The notes below the pieces were generated by a model. The model searched no databases, was not told the origin of the DNA, and saw only the letters and a program-made list of their open reading frames with translations. A DNA stretch of 64,000 bases, taken from positions 54,636,295 through 54,700,294 of the forward strand of contig NC_068992.1 of the NCBI RefSeq assembly GCF_001194135.2. Direction: 5' to 3'. The stretch's first letter is position 1; every line of letters begins with the position of its first letter. A program made the position numbers and the translations under genes. The DNA is from Octopus bimaculoides (lineage: Eukaryota). This document shows positions 23,726 through 35,622 of the stretch, in pieces.

Positions 23726-25560
23726 CTGTAAAAGAATGAAATGAACCATTAAGTATATTCTTTTAATTTTCATATAAAATATCAGATCATTTCAGTTCTA
23801 GTAATGAAATGGTAAAACAAATTCAAATACCTCCAAACTTCCCACTAAAAACTTCCATAAGAACTCCAGCTTAGTTCCAATTTCATGGCAATAAGCCGTC
23901 ATTATAATCTGTCATTTTAATGTCCATTTCTCTGTTCTTGAATGGATCATACAAAATTCACTGAGGCATATTCTCAATAGCCAGATGCCTTTCCTGTCAT
24001 CAATCCTCACCTGTTTCCAAGCAAGGTAATATTTTCCCCATGGCCAGACGTTTTTATCAAAGAGCTGAAATGAAGGACACTACTTGTATGATGGTGATAA
24101 CTATTTTTATAATTTGTTCTAGAACAATCCTGAGAAATATCCTTATTGGGTAAGGGTAAAGACCTCTTTCGGTCATGGATGACCATGGGATTGCACCTAG
24201 AAAGTTCCCTTCCAAGGCACAAGTCCAGGTAAGGTTGTATATGGAAGACCAGCAGTCACCCATGCATAACAGTCACAATTTCTCTGAACCAGCTCCATGT
24301 CATGCCTACCATATTTCCCAGCTCTGGAGACCTACCACTTTTGATTCCAAAATATTTGGTAAAAAATGATAAAGTGTTTTCACTAATGGTTTAGTGACAT
24401 ATAAATATTGTTGATTATCTACACTTATTATCTACATTTTTCCTTTTAATTTTACATTAAATAATTTCATGTGCAGGGGCGTGGCTTAGTAGTTAGGGTA
24501 TTCAGCTCATAATCATAAGGTCATGAGTTCAATTCCCAACAACACTTTATTTCATGTTGCTCCAGTCCACTCAGCTGGCAAAAATGTGTAGAACCTGTAT
24601 TTCAAAGAGCCAGCTTTGTGCCTATAGTAGAAAGGATTATTATTATTATTGTTCTGGGCGTTAGCACACCAGGCAAAATGCTTACGTTCTGAGTTCAATT
24701 TCCGCCTTTCATCCTTTCGATAAAATAAGTACCAGTTGAATATTGGGTCGATGTAATCAACTTAGCCTCTCCCCGAAATTGCTGGTCAGTTCTTCCGGTT
24801 TTGCAACCAATAGTAGAAACGCTTTAGTTTAACCGTGTTTTTTGCTCGGGTCAAACACTATAGTTTAAAGGCCAATTTACAATTGTTAGGACAGTCGAGT
24901 GGTAAAATCGTGATGAAAAATAAAAAGTTAATGATTTAAATAAACACCTTTATATTCTTAAATATTTTCAGAATTATTCAGAACATTTAGATTGTGTACT
25001 TCATAAGAAAAATAGGCATGGAAGGGATAACTAAAATGCTTATTTATTCACCTTGAAAGAAGACCATTCAAATTCACTTTAAACCATCCATAATGAAACC
25101 TCGGTACCGGACTTAGAAATGAAAACACTTCAGATATTAAAACTGTAATTATACAGAGGGTAGGCATGGCCCTTGAACACAGGTGAAGCACGAATTCGTC
25201 AATAAGGTGGCTTAGCTTCAAAAATTAACAGGTAAAGCTTCCTCGTGTTATGAACGTCACCGTTTAAAAAAAAAACGGAAAGGAATCACTAAATTGGGTA
25301 GTCATAGATACACTTTACCTGAAAGAGAAAACCAGACAGGATCGTTACGGCTTGAACGCCTTTGATCACTAGTTTGACAGTTCAGTCCCGACTGACAGTT
25401 GTGTAAATAATATAATCTATGACATTGGTGTAAAATGTACTTTTGTACTTGAATAATAAGAGTCGCTAAGGAAAGGTCGATCCTTTCAAGTGATTCATTT
25501 AAAACAACATTAGGACGATATGTAGAGAATGTATATTTAAACAGCTTGCTCGTTACTCAC

Positions 25561-25639
25561 CTGTTTTGATCATAAGATCAGAGACACACTGGTCAAACTT
25601 CAGACCAAGGACTTTCTCTGATGCAGCTTCTTTAGACAT
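25561..25639 (-). CDS. MICOS10: MICOS complex subunit MIC10, coding exon 1 (MSKEAASEKVLGLKFDQCVSDLMIKT + phase-1 base)
   Basis: Hand translation of the minus strand. ATG in tcaacATGt context, ends at the donor AG|GTGAGT. Resembles the human MIC10 N-terminus as recalled (SESELGRKWDRCLADAVVKIG), with the same phase-1 intron position. Confidence 0.9.
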
Positions 25640-26409
25640 GTTGATCGCCGTTCCTCTTTAATTCCAGACAAAAACGAAAAAGAATACAATAAAGGGAGAT
25701 AATTAACAATACTCATAATATTTTTATTTTATTTATTTTTTACTTGCTTCAGTTCGTGGATTGTGTCTATAGTTAGACTCCGAGTTGAAGGGTTTCGTCG
25801 AATTAATTGCCCCCCCCCCCNNNNNNNNNNNNNNNNNNNNNNNNNNNNNNNNNNNNNNNNNNNNNNNNNNNNNNNNNNNNNNNNNNNNNNNNNNNNNNNN
25901 NNNNNNNNNNNNNNNNNNNNNNNNNNNNNNNNNNNNNNNNNNNNNNNNNNNNNNNNNNNNNNNNNNNNNNNNNNNNNNNNNNNNNNNNNNNNNNNNNNNN
26001 NNNNNNNNNNNNNNNNNNNNNNNNNNNNNNNNNNNNNNNNNNNNNNNNNNNNNNNNNNNNNNNNNNNNNNNNNNNNNNNNNNNNNNNNNNNNNNNNNNNN
26101 NNNNNNNNNNNNNNNNNNNNNNNNNNNNNNNNNNNNNNNNNNNNNNNNNNNNNNNNNNNNNNNNNNNNNNNNNNNNNNNNNNNNNNNNNNNNNNNNNNNN
26201 NNNNNNNNNNNNNNNNNNNNNNNNNNNNNNNNNNNNNNNNNNNNNNNNNNNNNNNNNNNNNNNNNNNNNNNNNNNNNNNNNNNNNNNNNNNNNNNNNNNN
26301 NNNNNNNNNNNNNNNNNNNNNNNNNNNNNNNNNNNNNNNNNNNNNNNNNNNNNNNNNNNNNNNNNNNNNNNNNNNNNNNNNNNNNNNNNNNNNNNNNNNN
26401 NNNNNNNNN

Positions 26410-26451
<42 letters not shown>

Positions 26452-26842
26452 CGATGATTTGGTAAGCGGTGTCGTGTTTTACAATTCTATAAATAATATT
26501 TTATAAATATATCTGAGTATGTATGTATGTATGCATGTTTATAGGTGTAAGCATTGTATATACACACACACTTAATACACAAAAGCGACTCAGCTGGGAA
26601 AAAATTAAAGAAATAAAAATGTTGTACTTAAATTGCCGAACAAACACTCATTATCTCTCTACCTTTATCGAAAGAATATCATACAGTGGGACTGAACACA
26701 AGTCCGCTTGGTTGGGAAGCAAGCTTCTTATCACTTATATATTAAGTGCATGTAGATAGATAGATAGATAGATAGATAATTTTTAAAGAATTATTTCCCC
26801 TTAAATTTAATGTTATTCAAACCCACTAGTTTAGCGCAGCGT

Positions 26843-27330
26843 GGTGAATCAATTTGCTAGAAATAGCAGCCAACAGTGGAGCCTCGACGTATTGAATTAC
26901 ACACACATACCCAGGCCTACTCCCCATCTTACTAAATCATTATTCCTAAAAAGATAGCAAGAAAAAGTATTGAATTAAACCTACTAGAAATTGTAGGCAA
27001 CGAAGAAGTCTCTGAGGTGTCGATCGAACCTGCTAGAGATAACAGACAACAGGGACCCTTCTACATGGTGAATCAAACATGCTAGAAACCGTAGTCAACG
27101 TGGGAACCTCTCTGTAATGAACCAAACCTGTAATAGCACTAACGAAGGAGCCACGACGTGGTGAAACGAACCTGCTAGTGATAGCAATCAATGAAGAAAC
27201 TACTAAATATTGGATGAATCCTGCTGAAAATAACAGCCGAAGGAGGCTTCAAGGTATAATAGCCAACGAGGGAGCCAGGACATGGTGGAACGAATCTGTT
27301 AAAAATAGCAGCCAACGATAGTGCCTAATT
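26843..27330 (+). repeat. Degenerate ~45-50-bp minisatellite, about 9-10 units
   Basis: Approximate consensus ggtgaatcgaacctgctagaaatagcagccaacgagggagccacgacat. Confidence 0.6.
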
Positions 27331-27516
27331 GGTCAATCAACAACCGAAGTATAACAGTAGACAAGTAGGCTTCGAACACCTTTGATCATAAATATGTTGA
27401 GAGCCGAACTGGAGTTAAACAACCATAACCTGCTGGAAATAGCAGTCACGTGTTCTTCAAATCTCATTCTACTGTCTTAAAAAAAGGATGGACACAAAAT
27501 AATGTTGTCCTTCATA

Positions 27517-27555
<39 letters not shown>

Positions 27556-27556
27556 T

Positions 27557-27850
27557 CAGCGGCATCGGGACTGCGTGGCTGTCCGACCTCTTCAATTGTG
27601 TCATCGGTTATCTGATAACCAAGATCTGTGAGCGAGTCTCTGGCATTACCGTCATGAACTATTACCTTACGGACCTGGAGTATGCGGACGATACTACCCT
27701 ATTCAGCAATTCCATCGACCACATAACAGACGCATTGACCATATACTGAAAGGAATCAGTACAGCTGAAGGTGAGTAGGGCAAAGACCAGGCTGATGCAT
27801 GTCGGAGATTGCCAGGAACCTCCATCTCCTCCATATTGGCCCTGACAGCC
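27557..27850 (+). mobile_element. RTE-clade LINE RT fragment
   Basis: LFNCVIGYLITKICERVSGITVMNYYLTDLEYADDTTLF; YADD at 27681-27692. Confidence 0.8.
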
Positions 27851-28323
27851 AAAAACACGAGCCCTCACCCAACAGTTGTTCTCCAATCTACAGGAGCATG
27901 CTCAGAATAGGACCATGGTGATGTTATTCTTTTCTAGCAGAAATAGTAAAAATAAAAAAATTTCGCTGAGGAAGTTTAATAAGGCACAAACGTGTCCAGC
28001 GTTATCACCGTATAACTCAGTTCAAACTCACGGCGTTGCTCATATGATTTTGCAGCGAACTAGCAGAATCGTTAGCACATCAGGCAAAGTGCCTAAAGGC
28101 ATTTCGTCCGTCTTTAACTTCTGAGTTCAAATTCCGCCAAGGTCGAGAATAACCATCAAAATTTGAGGGTTACCTCCCCTTAACTCTTTTCATCAGCATT
28201 AATCATTCAAGTTATATTTCCTTCACCTAAATAAAACAAAATAAAATATCAATCGACTAAATCAATTTTCTTGCTCCCCTTCAACAAAAGAGTACGTCAA
28301 ATTCCACAAAATCAAGTCAAACA

Positions 28324-28406
28324 CTCCTATGGCCATTTCGGGAGTTCATTGCCGTTGTTCGATTACAATTTAAGTGCATCTTCTCAATGACCCCTTCATC
28401 AGGATG
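28324..28406 (-). ncRNA. Hammerhead-ribozyme-like motif with a long stem II
   Basis: Minus strand CTGATGA-a-ggggtcattg...caatgaactccc-GAAA-tggcca-TA-ggag. Palindromic stem III; stem I weak. Confidence 0.45.
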
Positions 28407-29005
28407 AACAAGAAACTGAAACTAAAAGTCCATTCAACGTCGCATGGCTAATTTAAAGATAACAATTTTTTAGTCAGTTGGTATTTTATCTTATTTTATT
28501 TAGATTTTTAGTAGCATGACACGCTTTAGAATTTTTAGTCGATTGTGCTTACCTTTTTGATACGCCGTTCTATATATCTGTATTTTTATTCGCATATATA
28601 TTTTTACCGTCTGTGTTTTTTTTTTTTTTGTATATGTCTACTTTATATGTTTAAGAACCATGGTAATATTTATATATGATCAAATGTTTAGAGGTATGGT
28701 ATTATATATAAAGTCGTTGACTCGAATTTGATGTTTGTTCTTTGATCGATGTTTCTTTATCTCTGTCTCAATTACATTTGAGACCTTCTTTTTGGCAGTA
28801 TGTGTGTGTGTGTTTGTGTGTCTGTGTTTACGTCCCCATAACTTAGCGGTTCGGCAAAATAGGCCGATAGAATAAGTACTAGGCTTCCAAAGAATAAGTC
28901 CTGGGGTTGATTTGCTCGACTAAAGGCGGTGCTCCAGCATGGCCGCAGTCAAATGACTGAAACAAGTAAAAGAGTAAAAGAGTAAAGAGTATATANNNNN
29001 NNNNN

Positions 29006-29300
29006 GGGCAAGTGTCTTCTACTATAGCCTCGGGCCGACCAAAGCCTTGTGAGTGGATTTGGTAGACGGAAACTGAAAGAAGCCCGTCGTATATATGTAT
29101 ATATATATATATGTGTGTGTGTGTTTGTGTGTCTGTGTTTACGTCCCCATAACTTAGCGGTTCGGCAAAATAGGCCGATAGAATAAGTACTAGGCTTCCA
29201 AAGAATAAGTCCTGGGGTTGATTTGCTCGACTAAAGGCGGTGCTCCAGCATGGCCGCAGTCAAATGACTGAAACAAGTAAAAGAGTAAAAGAGTAAAGAG
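29006..29300 (+). mobile_element. Family C/D SINE with an internal (TA)n(TG)n
   Basis: C module, microsatellite and D module are contiguous. Same layout at 30137-30485, 33027-33310 and 43945-44330 (-). Confidence 0.85.
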
Positions 29301-29303
29301 TAT

Positions 29304-29334
<31 letters not shown>

Positions 29335-29990
29335 CATATATATTTATATGTATTGCAAATATATGAGAGAAAGAAAATTATTATTAATAGCCCTTTATTT
29401 TCATCGTTACAATGCAAAATACAACTTATTCGAGCTGTTGTTATGCACAAATTATTTGCCATTCTGTTATTCATTTTGTAGGTGGTTAAGTTGGTGACTG
29501 CGAGAAAACTGGTTAGGAAAAGAGAGACCAAAAGAGAAAGAGAGTGTAGTTAGGTAGAGAGGGTTAAGAAGTGTGTAGTCCCTTGCATAAGTTGATTCCT
29601 CTCTCGGTACCAAAAGAAAGAAGAAGAACCGAATTTAGGCTATGTATTTACAATTCAGTCGAATGAATCAAAATTTAGGCTCGTCTATGTTTTGGAAAGC
29701 TGATGTAGGTCAGAGAACAATAGAAAGAAATAGGTTTATCTCTCTTGCACTGTATTTAACCCAAGAATATTAACTTAAAAAACAGAACTTGACTAACTGT
29801 GACAATTGACTGATATAAATTTCTTAGTGCAAAAGCAAAGAACAATAGGAAAGGAACTTGTGTAGAAAAAAATCTAGATTCAGTTTTGAATTCTGGTTTA
29901 GAATCTAGAAACCTATTCATTACGCGCTCGCGCAAACATTTATATGTATTGACCGCTGACTGAACATCATTCAATTTTTTGTCTCCGTAT

Positions 29991-30027
29991 TCTTTCTGTT
30001 GAAGAGCGTAGCTCGAAACGTTAAAGA
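29991..30027 (+). ncRNA. Minimal hammerhead-like motif with variant core CUGUUGA
   Basis: tcttt-CTGTTGA-a-gagc[gta]gctc-GAAA-cg-TT-aaaga; all stems are perfect. Confidence 0.5.
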
Positions 30028-31048
30028 CTTTCCGTATTCCCGAGCGTCATACTAATACATCCTTTTGTTGTTTACACCACCTGTCCTCGTCTGTTGTTGT
30101 TTTTTTCGTACATTCTCCCATAATATATAAATATATTGCTTCCCAACCACATGGTTCCGGGTTTAGTCCCACTGCGTGGCACCTTGGGCCGACCAAAGCC
30201 TTGTGAGTGGATTTGGTAGACGGAAACTGAAAGAAGCCCGTCGTATATATATATATGTATTTATATGTGTATGTGTGTTTTTGTCTGTGTTTGTCCCACC
30301 GCCATCGCTTGACAACCGATGTTGATGTGTTTGCGTCCTCGTCAACTGGCGGTTCGGCAAAAGGTACCGATAGAATAAGCACTAAGCTTACAAAGAATAA
30401 ATCCTGGGGTCGATTTAACGACTAAAGGTGGTGCTCCAGTATGGCCGCAGTCAAATGACTGAAACAAGCAAAAGAATAAAAGAATACATATATAGAGAGA
30501 GAGGGGGGCAGAAAGAGGAGAAGGGAGAGAGAGAGAATGGGAGAGAGAGAGAGAGAGTTGTTGAGGCTGGATGTTCAGACTCCGCTGCTCACTTTATTGC
30601 ATATATTTTCGATGAAACTCGTGGCTAATTTTGACTACTCTTGACCAATGTAGCCACAGAAAAAAAAAAAATGACTGTTATGTTTTAGCTGGTACATTCT
30701 TTGCAGTTTGTTGATGGAAAACAAGAAAATGTCTGCCGTTGACATTTTGAATGACATTTGACAGAAATATCACATTAAGATTCGTGTCACTAATACCAAA
30801 AGTCGACTAAAGCTGTTTGGACTTGTGGAACGTGTTGCATATAAATATAAAAACAAGAGAAAAACCATTATTTCTTTGACAAACTATATAAGAGAGAAAG
30901 ACGCTTTTGCATTCAGTTTGCTCAGGAGCATACGAGTTGGATATCGTCTGAGTTGTCAAAAATCTTGTAGTCGAATGAATCAAAATGTAATTTGTTAGAC
31001 TCTAAACAGCCGAATGTATTTCTAATGTCGTACGGAAGAAGGGCTCTA

Positions 31049-31445
31049 GGAAAGTTTGCCGCAGGAAAATTCGCTTCAGGATTTGGGAGTGTAGGAAAGT
31101 TCGCCGAATAGGAAATTTTGCTGCAAGACAATAGATGAATTGTTCCCCTTGATATATAATTGTTTCAACCAAGGAATAAAGCAATTTCTTAAATCGTTTA
31201 AAATTTCCGCAAACATTTTTGCTACACGAAAAAATTTTGTTGAATGAATAAAGAAATTTTAAATGAGTTAAGAAATTGCTTCACCCCTTATTGGTTGAAA
31301 CAATAATATACCAAGGGGAGCAATTCATCTTTTGTCTTGAAGTAAAATTGTCTTGCGGCAAAATTTCCTATGCGGCGAACTTTCCTTTGGCCCAAAATCC
31401 AGAGGCGAGTTTTCCTGCGGCAAAAATGTTTGCGGCAAACTTTCC
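31049..31445. mobile_element. Foldback MITE with ~150-bp inverted arms and repeated ggaaa..ttgccgca subunits
   Basis: Arms ~31049-31195 and ~31260-31445 align in reverse complement; both give the peptide LVETIIYQGEQFI in the ORF track. Confidence 0.8.
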
Positions 31446-33344
31446 GGATACGCGGAATAAGAGTCTCACCCAAAAGTTAAGCATGGCGATGAAGTGTCGT
31501 GATTTTTGGACTGCATGTCTGGAAATAAAAAGTTGACCTTATACTTCAGAATTAGGGTATTTTTAAACAGCACAGCCTATTTATAGACCGTGGAAAAGAC
31601 TGTATTTTCTTATACTAAGAGTTATGTATCAGATATATTTGGCAATTGCAAAACATCTAGGAATCAAAACGAATTGCTAAGCTTAAACAATCAGGAATTT
31701 TGTTTGGAGATCGATAATATTAGTACATGACTGACCAATCAGATTTCTGGCAGAAATCATTGTATAAAGACGAACGAGATTAGCTCAGTTACTATTCATG
31801 TCAGCAAAACACTGACCATTCGGATATCTATGAAACAGGATCCCATCAGTATATTGTTTATCGTGTTTCTTTTTCATTGGCAGAAACAAACAATAAATAG
31901 AATTTGTAGCGGGATGTGTAGTAAAAGGTGTTGTTGGTGTAGCAGATGATCATAGGCGTGTTGGACGACATCAAAGGAAAACAATAAAGAAAGCATCGGA
32001 ATGTAGTTTAAACAATTTATTTGATCAACACTGGATTTACAATATCAATGAAAGCCGCTACATGAAGTTTGCTTCGAGTTGGCGAAGTAAAAAAAAAAAC
32101 AACAGGAGAAATAGTGTGTCGATGTGATGAGATAGTATACGGCATATTTTGTGTCTGTGTGTGCGTTGGTCATTTGGTCGGGTCGGGTCGTATTGTTTTT
32201 CTGTCCTGTCTGTTTGTGTTCTGCGACTGCTGTATTATTGTGTCGCCAGTCATTGCTTCCTCATGGCCTGCTATCTGGCTCTCGACTGCCTGCATGTGGC
32301 TAGTTTTCTGCTTGTTTGTCGTGTGTCTAACTGTATTTATAATGGTCGTCCTAGCTAGAAGAATAGACATACCATAGGAGTAGTTTCTACTTATCTAGGT
32401 CACCTGTTGTCCAGTTGAACCTTCAGTGACACAGCTCAGGCCGGAGGTCGAATGGAAATCCATCAATCACTTTTTAACAGGACAAAGAAATTTCTTTTGT
32501 ACCTGTTCGGCCAGTGGTAGATCAGGCGAGCGAGAATCCTTAGACTCCGTTTCGAATCTCAGCTCGGAAGATGAAATGTTAATTTTTACAAATTTTTTTT
32601 TTGCCACTAGCAAGCAGTGACGATATTCGCCAGACATGCTGCCAGTCATTCTTGGCTTCAACAACGTCTTAAAAAATCTTTAAAAAGTGGTGTTAGCATC
32701 TTTTCTGCCGTAGTAACAATACATAATTTTCTTAACGATATAAATAAATGGTTCTTCTAATTAAAATCTCGAACAGAATTTGAGTTCTTGCATTCACTGA
32801 CATCTACTTGACTCAGCCAAATTATTTCGCTGCTGATAATCCAAAACAGACATATTCTTATCGTCACAGTTAAATGGGCCAGTCATGGATTTATCGGCAT
32901 GACAGTCACCTGAAGTATAGTGCAGGAATAGAAGAAAATCTATATACTGTGATTATCAATTTACATATTCAATGTCCAGTAGGTGTGAGTCTATTTTTGA
33001 GAAATTTGAAGCAAAAACAAATATTGGGCAGGTGTCTTCTACTATAGCCTCGGGCCGACGAAAGCCTTGTGAGTGGTTTTGGTAGACGGAAACTGAAAGA
33101 AGCCCGTCGTGTGTGTGTGTGTGTGTCCAACATCGCTTCACAACCGATGCTGATATGTTTACGTCCCCGTAACTTTGCCGTTCGGCAAAAACCAACGATA
33201 GAATAAGTACTAGGCTTACAAAGAATAAGTCCTGGGGTCGATTTTCTCGAATAAAGGCGGTGCTCCAGCATGGCTGCAGTCAAAAGAATGAAAAAGGTAC
33301 AAGAATGAAAGAATAGTATTTTATTGAAATGCGTTGCAAAAGTT

Positions 33345-33976
33345 CTTGGCATTGTCATGGTATTAGCTGTCAGAAGCGAAAGTAGAAAAATCTAAACAAG
33401 GAATNNNNNNNNNNNNNNNNNNNNNNNNNNNNNNNNNNNNNNNNNNNNNNNNNNNNNNNNNNNNNNNNNNNNNNNNNNNNNNNNNNNNNNNNNNNNNNNN
33501 NNNNNNNNNNNNNNNGCTAGCTCCACACGAGGGGCATATTTTTGGGGTATTTAAAAGTCCATGTCTCTTAAGTCAATTAATACTATTTTCTGTTGTAGCG
33601 GTGGCGATGGCAATATCGCGGTGATTAATTCCAACTTTGGATTACGCGTGGTGGTGGTGGTGGTGGTGGTCATTGGTGGTCATTGGTGGTGCTGATTAAA
33701 CTGAATTTCATTTGTTTAAATTCTACGGAAACGCATTTTCTAATTTGATAAATTCTACGGAAATGCATTTTCTAATTTGATAAATTCTACGGAAACAAAC
33801 GAAGGTGGACGAGTGATAGATAGATAGATAGAGAGAGAGACACACACACAGACAGACAGATAGCTCCGGCCAGTCAGTAGCCAAAGAAACAGATTTCAAC
33901 TCAAACCAGCAGTAACATTCCTTGTTTGGATTTTTCTACTTTCATTTCTGACAGCTAATACCATGACAGTGCCAAG
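33345..33976. mobile_element. Element bounded by ~60-bp inverted repeats (33345-33404 and 33917-33976), partly in a gap
   Basis: cttggcattgtcatggtattagctgtcaga...aaacaaggaat matches the reverse complement of the right arm at roughly 90%. Confidence 0.55.
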
Positions 33977-34106
33977 TTCTTAAATTAAATGATATCATTT
34001 TCGTGATATTGATATTGCCATTAATTGCATTAAACTAATTGTAAACTATCCATATTAAATAGTCATCATTCAAAAGAATAAAAAGGAAAATGTCTTTCTA
34101 TTTATA

Positions 34107-34678
34107 TGTAGCGGGCTGAATGTGATATGCCACATCAGGTCGATATGATGTAGCCCCCTAGAGAACGTAACGTGTAGATGTAACGCCTGAAGGTTCTCGC
34201 GTCGGAGTAACCAGTGAACATCGAAGAAATATTATTTACATATATCGTTTGCCCGACAGGTAGTTAAAGACACAGCAGTAATCGTAGTGGCAGTGACAAG
34301 TTCCCTTGCTGGTTGGTAGAGATAGTGTAGATGCTGTTGTCTGCCAGTAGAGAGTGAAAGAGTAAATTGCACGATACTGACTAGAAAGAAAGAAAGGATA
34401 AAGGAGGCATCGCCTTTCTTGCGGACGAAAGCTCTTCTTCGTGTGTCAAGCGAAGGGAAGAGATAGGAAATGCTCTCTGTTATATAGACTATGGTCAGTA
34501 ATGTAGGTCAAACCCTAAACAAAAGACTGACCTTTCGTTGACCAGCACAGGTCCTGGGGGGGCCATGTGTTTCCCCATCAATCATCTGGTGTGGAGAGGA
34601 TTTCCCGCTTGTTTTAACAAGCAACAAGCGGGTAGATTTGGTTTCAAATCTCAAGCAGGGTGAAGCGAGGTCCCTACA
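34107..34678 (-). mobile_element. Probable solo LTR
   Basis: TGTAG...CTACA ends, flanks tata/cata (3 of 4 match), and a TATA-like tatataa on the minus strand. Confidence 0.5.
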
Positions 34679-34789
34679 CATATATAGTTTGAATGGTGAT
34701 TAAATGAATGCAAATCGTGAATAATAATAGCAAATGATCGTTGTCATCTAAAAGGCTCTTCCCCAAAGTAATCACAAAAGCGATTTTTC

Positions 34790-35355
34790 CTGGGTGTATG
34801 CCTGCATTGTACATAGATGTTATTTAGGCTTAGGCACACATGTTCACCTTAAAAGGCTTTGTTCACCGACACGTCGAGTGATTGAAGCACAGATGTACAT
34901 CCACCGGAAATCACAGCTTGGTAGGTACGACGCTCCTTTAAACCATTTTTTAAATGCCGTCGATGAGATGAGCCCTGAACATATCTCATACAAGAAGCGA
35001 CTTTGAATAAAGCATTGCCCCTGGGTGCTCGAACTACACGTCGTTTAACCAGTTTGTCAATACGGTTTCATCCATCTACCTTTTCTCCCGAACATACACC
35101 ACTATGTCCTTCGGAAACTTCTCTTTCGAGAAAGTCTTTCTTTTGAAAACAACAGCCAGGGTAAGTTTCGTACCGTCAGCCATACAAGCCAAAATTGCGG
35201 TGTCTCGTCTATATTACTGATTGCTTCCAAGGCAAACTCGTGGCTCTTTCGTAGGACTATTACATACAGATGGAAGGAATCAACTTTCCTCTCTACGGCG
35301 GCGGGTAATTCCTGTGCGATATGAGTCTTCTGTCTCAGCGTAAAATTGTGACGAT
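34790..35355 (-). mobile_element. pogo/Tigger-type DDE transposase remnant
   Basis: RHNFTLRQKTHIAQELP...ISNIDETP, LACMADGTKL, LLV*DMFRAH, ISGGCTSVLQSLDVSVNKPFK; contains stops and an internal deletion. Confidence 0.85.
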
Positions 35356-35405
35356 ATGAGTCTTTTGTCTCAGCGTCTATTGCAGGATATTGAACAGTAG
35401 GTAAG

Positions 35406-35622
35406 TTTTCAGATTAACACCCGCACGATCTTCACTAGGGTGTTAGGGTTAGGGTTAGGGTTAGGGTTTAGGGTCAGGGTTACGGTTACGGTTTTAGGGT
35501 TTGGGTTAGGGAATTCCGTCCCTAACCGTAACCGTAACACTAACCCTAACCCTAACCTTAACCCTAATGCTAACCCTAACCCTAAAACCCTAGTGTAGAT
35601 TGTGCGGGTGTTAATCTGAAAA
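35406..35622. mobile_element. Palindromic element containing head-to-head (TTAGGG)n/(CCCTAA)n arrays within ~36-bp unique inverted repeats
   Basis: Left ttttcagattaacacccgcacgatcttcactagggt versus right reverse complement ttttcagattaacacccgcacaatctacactagggt (2 mismatches). TTACGG variants occur in both arms. Confidence 0.85.

Noticed and set aside
24140-24265. Structured repeat (ggtca-tgga-tgacc hairpin) considered as an HDV, twister or pistol ribozyme
   Set aside because: Could not be fitted to any consensus by hand.
28800-29300. Tandem duplicate of a SINE D module
   Set aside because: The two copies are identical, including private variants, and straddle a short N gap (28996-29004); most likely a contig-overlap artefact.
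29477-29938. TG...CA bounded segment resembling a solo LTR
   Set aside because: Flanks (attt / ttta) do not form a clean duplication and the termini are not inverted.
31905-32400. tgtagcgg...ccgctaca inverted ends and LTR-like composition
   Set aside because: No target duplication and an ambiguous right boundary.
35406-35622. Interpretation as a chromosome fusion site
   Set aside because: The arrays are only about 80 bp each, mirror each other's variants and are enclosed in unique inverted repeats, which fits an element better.
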